From contig NC_057746.1 in the NCBI RefSeq assembly GCF_004010195.1, positions 1,171,882-1,226,485 on the forward strand: DNA of 54,604 bases. The letters are read 5' to 3'. The stretch comes from Chiloscyllium plagiosum (lineage: Eukaryota). Shown here one piece after another: positions 23,790 through 36,412 of the stretch (its first letter is position 1; each line of letters opens with the position of its first letter). The position numbers were made by a program, and so were the translations under genes. A model generated the notes under the pieces. That model was given only the letters and a program-made list of their open reading frames with translations, searched no databases and was not told the origin of the DNA.

Positions 23790-24310
23790 CTCCGAATAGA
23801 TATTTTAGGATTATTATAGGAAAGATATTATTAAACTTGAAAGAGTGCAGAAGAAATTTACAAGGATGTTACCACGACTCAATGATTGAGTTATAGGGAG
23901 AGGTTGGACAAGCTAGGACTTTCCTCTTTAGAGTATAGAAGACTGAGGGAGGTTCTTATAGAAGTGTTTGCGATCGTGAGAGGCATGGATAGGGTGAATG
24001 CACGCAGTCTTTTTCCCAGGGTCTAGGACTAGAGGGCATCCGTTTAAGGTTAGATAGAGGGGAATGAAAAAAAGGGAACCTGAGGGGCACGTTTTTTACA
24101 CAGAGGGTGGTACACATATGGAATGAGCTGCCAGTGGACATGGTTGAGGTGGGTACATTAACAACATTTAAAAGGCATTTGGACAAATACATGGATAGGA
24201 AAGGATTAGAAGGATATGGGCCAAGTGCAGGGAAATGGGGTTAGCGCAAGTGGACATATTGGTCGGTATGGCCCAGTTTGGGCTAAAGGGCCTGTCTCTG
24301 TTGTAGGACT
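23790..24310 (+). mobile_element. CR1 LINE 3' fragment
   Basis: KDIIKLERVQKKFTRMLP, ERLDKLGL, RTRGH, FFTQRVVHIWNELP. Confidence 0.8.
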
Positions 24311-25289
24311 AAACAGTTTCTGTTTTACTCTGCTTCTAATGTCTCCTGCTGTCCTCCATTTCTATTTCATATTCCCAGCTGAAACCCTTGCGTTTACTTT
24401 ATTTGATTCAATCAAAGTGTCTCTATAGAGAGAAATATGGTTTCCAATGTTTCATTGGGTTTTACCTCTGAAAGTTCAGGATATTGAGAAATTGGAAACT
24501 AAAACCTATCTCTGTCGTTTTTGCTGTCTTCTTCTCCTTTCCCATTTTTTATAGGTGTAGAAAAAATAAAGTTAAAACAAAGGGTTAGAGTGTCAGTTAC
24601 TGAAGTCAATCATAATCTCACAATGTTTGAAAAGTTAGAGTTCACAGTTCGGGACTATACTGCTTTTAAGTAGTCAGGTAGACGAAAGTGAGGACTGCAG
24701 ATGCTGGAAATCAGAGTCAAGATTAGAGTGGTGCAGCATCCTAGGAGCAGGAAAATCGGCATTTCGGGCACCTGCTGGGCTTTTCCAGCACCACTCTAAT
24801 CTTGACTCTGCTTTTAGTTAGTGCCTCTGCCGTCAGCATTACCCAATCTTCTCAAATTAGACCAAGCCTCAAGACAAGGGTGAGGACACAGGTCTTGTTC
24901 ACTCCTTCACCCTGATAATAAATTCTGGTTGGTTTGACACTGTTTACTGTCAGACTCCCCTCACCTTCTGAACACAGGGTATTCAGTTGCAATGATCAGA
25001 TCCTGTATACTCCCAGGGCAGGAACAGAATGTGTATCAGATTGATTTAGATTCATGCATTATTACACATTGCCTGTTTGAACAGCATCTGAAAACCATAT
25101 CTGTGTCTCAGTGAATGATAAGAGTGACCGCGATGATGCCAGTATTTCAATATAATGTGTTTTGCTGCAGCTTGTGATTGGGAAATGCTGATTGTTCCTC
25201 CACATGTCACAGAGTGAAAATTTCCCAACTAACTGGTGCTATTTGAAAATGTCTCTAATTGCTGTGTCAATGGTTGAGATCAATCCATA

Positions 25290-25333
25290 AACCAATCTGA
25301 TCACAGCCTGACTGACCATCAGCTGTCTTTGGG
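25290..25333 (-). promoter_or_regulatory. Distal X-Y module in the same orientation as the alpha gene
   Basis: X1 CCCAAAGACAGCTG 25333-25320 (continues ATG, as in the proximal promoter); 20-nt spacer; Y CAGATTGGTT 25299-25290. Confidence 0.65.
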
Positions 25334-25525
25334 TCAAGTGCTGAAAGCTTAAAAATGTGTTGCTGGAAAAGTGCAGCAGGTCAGGCAGCATCAAAGGAGC
25401 AGGAGAATCGACATTTCGGGCATAAGCCCTTCTTCAGGGATCAAGTGCTGAAACTCAAGCAGAATGTTCAGTTAAACTTCAGCCTCGGTCACACATACTG
25501 CCTTTACAATGTCTCCCCCTGCAGG

Positions 25526-26250
25526 AGTTATAGAGATGTACAGCACGGAAACAGACCCTTGAGTACAACTTGGCAATGTCAACCAGATATCCCAACCCAA
25601 TCTAGTCCCTTTTACTAGCATTTGGCCCATATCCCTCTAAACCCTTCCTATTAATATACCCATCCAGATGCATTGTAAATGCTGTAATTGTACCAGCCTC
25701 CACCACTTCCTCTGGCAGCTCATTCCATACACGTACCACCCTCTGTGTGGAAAATGTTGCCCCGTAGGCCCCTGTTAAATCATTCGCCTCTCACCATAAA
25801 CCTATGCCCTCTAGTTCGCGATTCCCCCCATTCTACCAACCCTGGGATGAGTCCTTGTCTATTTATCCTGTCCGTGCCCCTTATAATTTTATAAACCTCT
25901 GTAAGGTCGCCCCTCAGCCTTCGACGCTCCAGGGAAAACAGCCCCAGCCTGTTCAGCTTCTCTCTATAGCTCAAATCCTCCTACCCTGTTGTGGTTCTGT
26001 TCACCGAGCTGGGAATTTGTGTTGCAGACATTTCGTCCCCTGTCTAGGTGACATCCTCAGTGCCTGGGAGCCTCCTGTGAAGCGCTTCTGTGATGTTTCC
26101 TCCGGCATTGTCACCTAGATAGGGGACGAAACGTTTGCAACACAAATTCCCAGCTTGGCGAACAGAACCACAACAACGAGCACCCGAGCTACAAATCTTC
26201 TCCCAAACTTTGTCCTCCTACCCTGGCAACATTCTTGTAAATCTTTTCTG
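25526..26250 (-). mobile_element. CR1/HER1 3' fragment with nested fold-back Penelope-derived insert (~25987-26212)
   Basis: ORF 25780-25974 SYREKLNRLGLFSLERRRLRGDL; insert bounded by duplicated TCCTCCTACCCTG. Confidence 0.8.
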
Positions 26251-27049
26251 AGAATTAATTTCTACCATTAACCCAGGAACAAACATTAGGGGAGATTAGT
26301 CTACATCAGGGGCTGGAGTTTTCAGTCCCCAGATGGGACAAACTGGGTCAAACATGGTGGCTGGGGCACCACCTAGAACTCTCTCACTGTCCCATTTCTG
26401 GTACTGGTTATCTACATCAAAGTGATCTGAGGGAATTGATCAGCTCAGTTTATAAAAATTCATTTACAGATGAGGGCATTGCTGGTCAGACCAACATTTA
26501 TTTATCTATTATAATTGCCGTCAGAGGGCAGTTAAAAGTCAACTACATTGGCTATGGGTCTGGAATATGTGTAGGCCAGACCAGGTGAGGATGGTTGTTC
26601 CCTTCCCTGAATAAGATGGGCTTCTCAAACAATTGACAATAGTTTCATGGTCATCATTAGATTCTTAATTCTAGATTTTTATTGAATTCAAAATCTACCA
26701 TTTGCCATGATGGGATTTGAACCTCTGTCCCCAGAACTTTACCTGTGTCTTTGGATAACTGGTTTTTGATACAGAGAATATCAACAGCGCGGGCTCAATT
26801 CCAGCACAGGTTGAGGTTACCATGAAGGTCTCTCCTTCTCTCACCTCTTGTGAGATAGCAGCCTATGGTCTGGTAAGACTATGGTGACTTTATTGACAAG
26901 GCACAGGGGTTCCAGCAGCTTGCAAAGAACCTAAGGCCTGTCGGATGCCCTGCTAAATTGACAGCTGAAGCAGGTATAATTTTGTAACTGTGACAACAAT
27001 GTGCGGTCTCTAACCACAACAACAAAGCACCATCAGGAACGGAATGGCA

Positions 27050-28250
27050 GACCATTTATCAGTTGGCAGGAAGGTTCTGGAATGCGTCAAGTGCATGAGC
27101 AAACCATTGCTGTAAAGTGAGCTAGGAAGGTATGGGAGTTACGTAGGGGGAAGGGAGAAGAGGTGGGGGGCGAACTCCAAGAACTCAGACGCCACTTAAA
27201 TATCTGCCACCAAGGAGGCACTCGACTTGCAAATTGCCACCCTAGGACAGAAATTGAAGCACTGAACAAGGATTCTGTGCACCTGGCCCACCACAGCAGG
27301 CTCATTTCCCTGGAGATGTCTGAGCCACCTTAATGATGAATTAGCACCGAGAAACACCCTAGCGACAGGCTCTCCCAAGTGAGCATTCACTGTTACCGTG
27401 GCCCATGAAGTCTTCAACTCAAGTTCATCCGAGGGTTCTTTTGCTAAGCTGTGTGGGATATCCCAGTCGTTGTAGCATCCATGTAGTTACAGATGTCCTC
27501 TTCACAAGTGTCTCTGACTGGATCAGCCTTTCAAAAGATACAGCTTCACAACAGTACAGGACAATGGATTTTGCATCAGTAGCTGGCTTCCCAAGGGGCC
27601 AGGGCTTTATAGACTGAACCCAGGAGCCCTGAAGAACTCAGCGGGTATGTTCATTAACAGGAGAGTCTACCATCAGTGCTCAGCCGGAGTGTGACCATCA
27701 ACAGAGTTTCCTACAGGATTAGGCATCCTTGCCATGCAGCTCCCTTTACACGGACTCCGGGCTGACTCTGCATTTTCACCTGACCCCTCTGTTGGATAGT
27801 GGGACTCCAGTTGCCTCCAAACATTCCTGTGAGGATTCCAAACTGAGTCCCAGGACATTACAGCAAGGGTAACCTGGACACCAGGACACTCTTTGAACAG
27901 ACTGTATACCAGAGGCCTACTCAGGGAGATTTTGATGCCTTGAGCACACTCTGGTGCACCAATGCAATATTCATCTTTTTGGGTATCCAGATTGGTTGAT
28001 ATGTGCTGCATGCTACACAACACTGTACAGCAGTGGAGTGCTCTGCTAAATGAGATGGTCAACAAAGGAGGCCCTGTATCCTTGGAGGATGAAGTGGTGC
28101 ATGATTAGGAAGAAGGGCAGGGACTCAGATGCAGAGGATTCTGATGTTCAGGGTGGATTGCGACATCATGATGCTGGGGATGTGAAGGTGGATCCAGGCT
28201 GGCTTGCTGCGACCTACTGCATGTTCACAAAATAGACAGCAGGTGAATGC
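27050..28250 (+). mobile_element. Decayed PIF/Harbinger transposase (HARBI1-like)
   Basis: FASVAGFPRGQGFID (~27569; cf. AGFP..xGAID), FINRRVYH (~27650; cf. NRKGxHS), SGAPMQYS (~27950), MCCMLHN (28001; cf. ACCxLHN), in the expected order with stops and frameshifts. Confidence 0.7.
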
Positions 28251-28424
28251 AGACATTAGCTGGATCAGCAGACCATCAGTATTCTGTTTTCTCAGGCAGC
28301 AGAGCAACAAGTCTTGGGAATGTGGGATGATTGTGATTTTACTGAGGTTCACTTCACGCTGGGCCAGTTTAAAAGGGATATCAAACATTTATCCAACAAC
28401 GAGATAAACTGTGATAATAACTAG

Positions 28425-28770
28425 AATCATAGAATCCCTGCAGTGTGGAAAAAGGCTCTTTGGCCCAGCAAGTCCACACCCACCCTCCGAAGCGACTTTC
28501 ACCCAGACCCATTCCCCTATAACTCTACATTTACCTCTGACTAATGCACCTAACCTACACATCCCTGAACACTATTGGTAATTTAGCATGGCCAATTCCC
28601 CTAACCTGCACATCTTTGGACTGTGGGAGGAAACGGGAGCACCCGGTGGAAACCCATGCAGACATGGGAGAATATGTAAACTCCACACAGACAGTTGCCT
28701 GAGGCTGGAATCGAACCCGGGTCTCTAGCACTGTGAAGCAGCAGCGACAACCACTGAGCCACTGTGCTCA
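28425..28770 (-). mobile_element. HE1-type SINE, part of the right arm of the inverted duplication
   Basis: Full head, core and tail on the minus strand. Confidence 0.85.
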
Positions 28771-29889
28771 GAATACAGAGTTCCCACTGTAATATTTCCT
28801 TCAGTGGAGAGCTTGGATTTCTTGCAACATGAAGATGACACCGAGGCAGATCTGTATTAGCCCATTTGACCCAGTTCTGCTTAAACCATCCCCCTTCAGT
28901 GTTTCTGTTCCAGCCTGGCTCCATTCCTGCCCCAGCTCCCTCTGTTGAAAATCTACTGTCTGGGTAGAAGCAGGATCATGATGCTGGGAAATGATCCACC
29001 TCCCAATTCCCACACTGAAGCTGAAAATCCAGTTGCAGATATTTTGAGAGAAGAGGTCATGGAGATAACCAGACTGTGCTGCATTCCCTGGCACTTCCCT
29101 GCACAATCAGACTCCACCTACTTGGTCTGAGAACTAAGATTGACAGTTCATTGTTCTTGCTGCATACTCAATGCCAATGATGCCCCAAACAGGACTATCT
29201 TCTCATTCTGGATAAAATGGGGCTCTTATTTTTTTCCCAAGTCTATGTCTTGTGTCCTAGTTCTAGTGAGTGCAAGCCAGAAAGTTTCAACTTCTCACCT
29301 TCTTTGAGACTTAAGATTTTAGTTTCACAAATTAAACATTTATGTTCCGCCTTCCCCGTTGCTGCACCTTTGACTCAGTCATACAGAGCCTCCTGAAGGT
29401 CTGTGGCTATGAATTGCTTGTCTTGTCAGTAGTGAGGACAGGTGTAGGGATACAATACTGGGGGAGTACTCCGTACCGACCAGTGCAAGAACAAAGGCAG
29501 AATAAGATTATAACAGATAGGAGTCAGAGAACACCATGTTACCTTATCTTCATTCTCCTGTCTGCCTGCAATAAACCTTGATGTCCTGTAGATTCAAAAA
29601 TCTTTCTACAGTACCCAGCCTGCACTGCCTTCCAGGGTAAAGAAATCCAAAGACTCTGAGAGAAAAAGAGGTGAAGGATTCCTGAATGTGTACAGGAGAA
29701 CTTCCCAAATGGTGTGTTTTTCTACTGAAATGTGGGTTATTTAATAAATAACTGAAATGATGGACATCACTGAGACCCAGATCCTGGGATCATGTCATAT
29801 ATAGCTGGAGTGATGAAGGGCACTGAGGTTAGAACACAGGAGATATTTAATATCTGGTTGGTGGTTATATTGAAAGGATACTTTTCACA

Positions 29890-30168
29890 GAATCAAAGAA
29901 TCCCTACAATGTGGGAAGAGGCCATACTTTCCATCAAGTCAGCACCAACGATCTGAAGAGCCTTTGAACCAGATCCCGACACCCCCACTTTTTCCCTGAA
30001 AACCAACCGTCCTGACCTGCACATCTTTAGATTGTGGGAGGAAACCAGAACACCCAGCAGAAATTCACACAGGGAGGACATGCAAACTCTGTGCAGTCAC
30101 ACGAGGCTGGAATCCAGCCTAGATCCCTGGCACCGTGAGGTAGCAGTGCTAACCACTGAGCCATTGTG
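29890..30168 (-). mobile_element. HE1-type SINE
   Basis: GCACAATGGCTCAGTGGTTAGCAC head and GTGGGAAGAGGCC-type tail. Confidence 0.8.
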
Positions 30169-30499
30169 CAACTCTGTCTTGCTGGAGCTCTGAAACCAGG
30201 ATACAAAGTGGTTCAAGGGCCTTGTCAATCTGAATATACCTGAGGTTCTGTTTACATTTGTAGAAATCCTAACCATTACTGAGAGTTTCTCATTTCCCTG
30301 TATCACTGGCACAGTAATTGTTATTCATTGGGATATGGATGAGACGTGTGGGAGGGAGCATTTGAGTGACCTCCCTTTCCACTATGATGTTAACACTGAC
30401 TACATCTTCACATTCCCACTTTCCCCATTTCACCTTCCCAATACAAATCCTTATCCTTTCCCCAACCTTCGCACAGTTGTATGAAGTAATTCATTATTG

Positions 30500-30690
30500 T
30501 GGTACTAGAGGGCGCCATGACATTACCGTGCTGTACAGAAAAATGAGACTATCCCAACAAGTTCACCCAGAGACAGGTGACTCTTCAGGAAGCTGGATTG
30601 TTATTGGCCAGCGCCAGGATTTAAGTCGGTTTGTATTTATTTTTTGTGTGTACTTCTCGTCTGTGGTTTCACTTCTGGGGACTTTCCAAA
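30500..30690 (+). promoter_or_regulatory. Inverted distal S-X-Y module with upstream CTCF-like motif and downstream RUNX, IRF-like and NF-kB sites
   Basis: ACTAGAGGGCGC 30504-30515; S-like GAGACT 30545-30550; X1 CCCAGAGACAGGTG 30566-30579 with X2 TGACTC; 20-nt spacer; Y GTTATTGGCC 30600-30609; TGTGGTTTCACTT 30662; GGGACTTTCC 30678-30687. Confidence 0.8.
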
Positions 30691-30859
30691 CCCTCAGCGC
30701 CTCTGATAAATCACAATGAAATGTAACCCTATCCAATCCTTAGATCACTGCTGTCCTGTGAGTACTCTAATTATAGCCTGAAGTTTCCAGCCACTGGTTA
30801 CCTCACTTCGTGAAGTGTCTATTCACCCACATCAACCCCAGACTGACTGTAGAGCAATG

Positions 30860-32530
30860 CTGTCCATTAATGGAGAACTTGAGTTACTAAAGTATTAGGT
30901 GCAACACAAGCCAAGTTGTTCCAGTACAGTTACAACACTGCTATCGACCTGACAATGTGAAAAATTGCCCAGGTATGTTCTGTATACAGAAAGCAGGATA
31001 AATCCAACCTGGCCAATCACTGCCCCAACAGCCTCAGGCGACTGACTGTGTGGAGTTTGCACATTCTCCCTGTGTCTGCGTGGGTTTCCTCCCACAGTCA
31101 AAAAAAAGTGCAGGTCAGGTGAATTGGCCATGCTAAATTGCCCGTAGTGTTAGGTGAAGAGGTAAATGTAGGGGAATGGGTCTGGGTGGGTTGCACTCCA
31201 GCGGGTTGGTGTGGACTTGTTGGGCCGAAGGGCCTGTTTCCACACTGTAACTAATCTAATCTAAAAGATGGTCTACTCTTCATCATCAGTAAAGTGTTGG
31301 AAATTATTGAAGTGCTGTCAAGTGGAACTTATACAGCAGTAACCTGCTCAATGACACTCAGTTTGGGTTCCACCAGGGCCACTCAGCTCCTGACCTCATT
31401 ACAGCCTTGGTTCAAACATGGACAAAAGAGCTGAATTCCAGAGACAACCCTTGACATCAAAGCTTAATTCAACCAGGTCTGGCATCAAAGGAACCCTATC
31501 AAAGTTAGAGACAATGGGAATTTGGGGGCAAATTCTCCACTGTTTGAGTCATCAGAAAATGGATTGTTGGAGGTCAGTCATCTCAGCTCCAGAACATCTC
31601 AACAGAAGTTCCTCGAGTTAGAATCCAAGACCCAACCATCTTCAGCTGCTTGATCAATGACCTTCCCTCCATCATAAGATCAGAATTAGGGATGTTCACT
31701 TATGATTGCACTCCTGAGACACTGACGCAGTCCATGTTCAAATTAAGGAAGATCTGGAGATCATCCAAGTGTGGGCTGTAAAGTGGTAAGTAACATTTGT
31801 ACCACATAAATACCAGGCAATGACCATCTCCAATAAAAGAGAATCTAATCACTGTCCCTTGACATTCAGTGACATTGCCATCACTGAATCCTCCACTATC
31901 AACACCCGAGGGAGGGAGGTTACTGTTGACCAGAAACTGAGCTGGACTAGCCATGTAAATAAAGTAGCAACTAGAGCTAATCAGAGGCTATCAACATTGC
32001 GATGAGTAACTTCTCTCCTGGCTCCTTAAAGCCTGTCCACCATCTACAAGGTGCAAGTCAGATGTGTGATGGAATATTCCCCACCTCCCTGGATGGTTGC
32101 AGCTCTAACAACATTCAGGAAGCTTGACACCATCCAGGGTAAAGCAACCCACTTGATTGGCACTGTATATACAAGCATCCACTCCCGTGACTACCAACGC
32201 TCAATAGCAGCAGTGTGTAGTGGCTACAAGATGCACTACAGAAATTAAATATAGATCCTTAGACAGCTCCTTCCAAACCCATGACCACTTCCTTCTAGAG
32301 GGACATGGGTAGCAGATGCATGGGATCACCACCCCCTGCAAGTTCCCCTCTAAGCCACTCACCCTCCTGACTTCTTGTTCCTGGAACTCCCTTTCAAGGG
32401 CATTGTGGGTTCACCTGCACCACACTCTTCGACTCTAATCTCCAGCATCTGCAGTCCTCAGTTTCTCAAGGAGGCAGCTCACTACCACCTTCTCAGGGGC
32501 AACTGGGGATGGGCAATAATACTGGCCCAG
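30860..32530 (+). mobile_element. CR1/L2-group LINE fragment interrupted by a 5'-truncated HE1 SINE (~31030-31264)
   Basis: PTIFSCLINDLPSII, IYKVQVRCVMEYS, KLDTIQGKA; SINE ends in (CTAAT)n. Confidence 0.7.
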
Positions 32531-33459
32531 TTAGTGACACCCATGTAACACTAGAAGAAAAGTCAGATTTGCATTCCCTCTCAGTGTATTATTTTTGAAG
32601 GTTAACCACCTATTTAAATGTTGGAAAATCTGATATTCAATTTATATAAGTCTTATGTTGCATTGATTGGGGGAGGAATTGTGCCTGGAATACTGATATC
32701 AGTTGTACATTAATTGTTGCATTATATACAGCTGGCATTAAATGGAGATTCACTTCTCACCTTTCAAACAGGTGCAATCTATTTGGTTGAAAATGTGTTG
32801 CTGGAAAAGCGCAGCAAGTCAGGCAGCATCCAAGGAGCAGGAGAATCGACGTTTCGGACATGAGCCCTTCTTCAGGAATCTATTTGGTTGTTTGTTTGCA
32901 ATGTGTAACTCTATAAATCAAGAAGATTGGATCCAGTTCTTTTTGACTAACTAGATTCCTCGATCACAATAACATCGAAGCGTTCTTAGTTTCTGTTTAA
33001 GAAGGTTTATGTTACCTGGACAGGTGATTAGGACCTTGGTATAAATTCTATCCACAGGGTGGCCCCTCCTGACAGTTCTTCTATCCAGTGTCCCCAGGTG
33101 GGTAATTTCCCCAGAAACCTTTAATGACAGTTTCTGAAGTGGTCAAAAGGGACATTAAATGGAAAGGCTTGTTTGATGAAGCTATTGCAATCTGTGTCAA
33201 AGTGTGATGCTGGAAAAGCACAGCAGATCAGGCACCATCTGAGGAGCAGGAGAGTCAATGTTTCAGGCATAAGCCCTTCATCAGGAATGTGTGGAGGGCA
33301 AGGGGGCTGAGAGATAAATAGGAGGGTGAGGGGTGGGGGGGGGTGGGGGTACATGGGAAGGTGATAGGTGGCTGCAAGTGGGGGGTGATGGTGATAGGTT
33401 AGTCACAGTTTTTGACTCTGGCTCTCCAGTATCTGCAGTCCTCACTTTCTCCAAGTTGC

Positions 33460-35130
33460 AATATGTGGACCAGCTTCTTTGAGGATCAGTAATGCTTTGA
33501 TTGCCAATTAAACTGACTTCTGTTATTCATTAAAGAAACTGTGTGCTGGCCAGTGTTAGATTTAGCAACCTATCATACAAGTGACCAGGCGTTAAAAAAC
33601 AAAAGCATGGCTGAGAACTATGAGTCTTATTGACTGCATGTTCAGATTAATATCTGAGTTAGGTTATATGAAGAAGACTTCTGAGGTTCTTTGGGAGACA
33701 TGGCGGGGCATCTCATCCACATTATGAATCAAGAGAATGACATCGCTGAGAGTTTTATGCAATGTTTCAATTCCCAATACTTACATCCTCTTGTCAGAAT
33801 TACTCTACTTAACCTTTTCAAATTAAGTTTTCCCAGGTTGCTTCTGTAAATTTCAAAACTTTTGCCTCTGTGCTTCAGGGACGGAATCATATTTACAATT
33901 ATATCTTATTTTTGCAGAATCATAACCTTTATAACCTTCTCCCACAATGAAGCAATAACTTCCTGTGCTTCACCTGTCAGCTTGCTCTGCATAGGCAATG
34001 TCCAGTTTTCCTTTGGCCACTTCACCTGTTTTGCTATTTCCGCAATTCATAAAAGGAATGCTTCCGCAATGTTTCCCCCAGTCTTAAAATAAATTCCACT
34101 CAGGAAATGTTTATGACCAGGATTTATTTTATGACTATGTCTCCCCTTTGGAACCCTCTTTCACTTTGTGCCCTTTTTGAATTGTATCATTTCAAACTTA
34201 AAATATTTATCTTTTTCTCTGAGTCTTGCACATTTCTAGTTCTGGTCTTTTCATTTCACCCTTTTCAATTCCATCTCTCTGTTCTGTAGCTTTTAATAAT
34301 GTCTAATGCCCTTTCCTTATCTTTTTCTGCTGTTTGGAATTCCATTTCCAGCCTTTTCATCTTTTTCCTCACACTGAAACTGCTTTGATTCTAACACAAT
34401 ATGAACTGATTCTGATGTCTCCCTGGATGAATTACCTTGTCTCTCCTATATCTCTGAGGAGAAAGTGAGGTCTGCAGATACTGGAGATCAGAGCTGGAAA
34501 TGTGTTGCTGGAAAAGCGCAGCAGGTCAGGCAGCATCCAGGGAACAGGAGAATCGACGTTTCGGGCATAAGCCCTTCTTCAGGAATNNNNNNNNNNNNNN
34601 NNNNNNNNNNNNNNNNNNNNNNNNNNNNNNNNNNNNNNNNNNNNNNNNNNNNNNNNNNNNNNNNNNNNNNNNNNNNNNNNNNNNNNNNNNNNNNNNNNNN
34701 NNNNNNNNNNNNNNNNNNNNNNNNNNNNNNNNNNNNNNNNNNNNNNNNNNNNNNNNNNNNNNNNNNNNNNNNNNNNNNNNNCTGTTCCCTGGATGCTGCC
34801 TGACCTGCTGCGCTTTTCCAGCAACACATTTCCATCTCCTATATCTCTGTTAAGTCCGAACGTTATGCTAGCCTTTCAATTATTAATGCTGCCTTCGTTT
34901 TGGCAAACCGTTCCAATTCTCATTTATTTGTCAGTTCTGTCAGCTTGGCTTTTGAGTTCTTTTGTATGAGATATTTCTTCCAGCAGCAGCAAGACTTTAG
35001 CAGTTTTTAGTGCCATCTTCTCTATTAGAGTGTAAAATGTGTTGTTTTAGTTTATTCTTTTATAACTGTACACCAATTCTAGTACAGTACTGAGGAAAAT
35101 TGGGTTGCTGTATCATCTTTCAACTGAACT
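33460..35130 (-). mobile_element. Decayed Gypsy (Gmr1-like) LTR retrotransposon gag with possible integrase scraps
   Basis: Minus reading ~34050-33830 gives IAKQVKWPKENWTLPMQSKLTGEAQEVIASL then, after a shift, YDSVPEAQRQKF*NLQKQPGKT, matching the SCAN-related gag of Gmr1-like elements. Interrupted by a Penelope-derived hairpin at 34456-34840. Confidence 0.65.
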
Positions 35131-35139
35131 GTGCAGGGA

Positions 35140-36376
35140 CAAGTGTTTTTGCAAATCATATAAACAGGGAGGTAGAGAGGGCTTTAAACTCAACAATTGG
35201 GGGAGCTTTCAAGCTTGGTAGACATCACAAATCAAGGATAGAGTCAAGGCAATACAGCAAAATATTAATTTAGGAGATAAAGCTCAGAGATTGGTAGGCA
35301 GGGACAGAAAGAATAAAATGAAGTACACGCCAACAGTCAAGACTAGATGTTCCAAAGATAAACAAAATATAAAATTAAAAGCATTTTAATACATGTAGCA
35401 TTAACAACAAAGTAAACAAATTCATGAAGCAGGCCCAAAGGGTGGAATGGCCTACTACCACAGCTATTTTCTATGTTTCACAGCTGACATTGAAGTAAAC
35501 GAATATAATTAGATTAGATTACTTACAGTGTGGAAACAGACCCTTCGGCCCAACAAGTCCACACCGACCCGCCGAAGCGCAACCCACCCATACCCCTACA
35601 TTTACCCCTTGCCTAACACTACGGGCAATTTAGCATGGCCAATTCACCTGACCTGCACATCTTTTGGACTGTGGGAGGAAACCAGAGCACCCAGAGGAAA
35701 CCCACGCAGACACGGGGAGAATGTGCAAACTCCACACAGTCAGTCGCCTGAGTCGGGAATTGAACCCGGATCTCTGGCGCTGTGAGGCAGCAGTGCTAAC
35801 CACTGTGCCACCGTGCCGCCCACAATCTGATAGTCATTACAGGTGCATGGCTGCAGGATCCAAGGATAGCTGAATATTGTGGAGTACATGACGTTCAAGA
35901 AGAATAGCTATCTGGTGTAAAGTGAAGGAGTGTCACTGATGATCGAGGGTGACATTAGTGCAGTGGTTAGAGATGATCTTGGTTCAAGACATCAGGACAG
36001 AAAGGAAGTAAGGCAAAGATGTCACGACAGTGAAAGGTCTACAGACTGCCTAAAAGTAATCACAATGTAGGACATGTATACAAGGACAAATACTGGGTGC
36101 TTGTGAGAAAGGGCCAACAATAATCTTAGGAGGTATAAAAGATTATTGTACAAAATGAAGGTTTCCAATATAGAGTTAACATATTAATCTATGTTTAAAT
36201 TAGAAAAAATCAGACTGGCAATGATAGCCTTTTACCCCAAATATTTTCTGCTAAATCTGGAGCCAGCTAGAGAGTAGGTTATCCTATGCTTGGAAACAAA
36301 ACAGAAATTGATGGAAAAACTCGGTAGGTCTGGCAGAATATGTGGACAGAAAGTAGAGGCAGTGATCCTTCTTCAG

Positions 36377-36412
<36 letters not shown>

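Noticed and set aside
30366-30719. 117-aa ORF over the enhancer module
   Set aside because: No recognisable domain, and it starts at GTG.
35780-35823. tRNA genes at SINE heads
   Set aside because: A/B boxes continue into SINE core and tail, with no complete cloverleaf.
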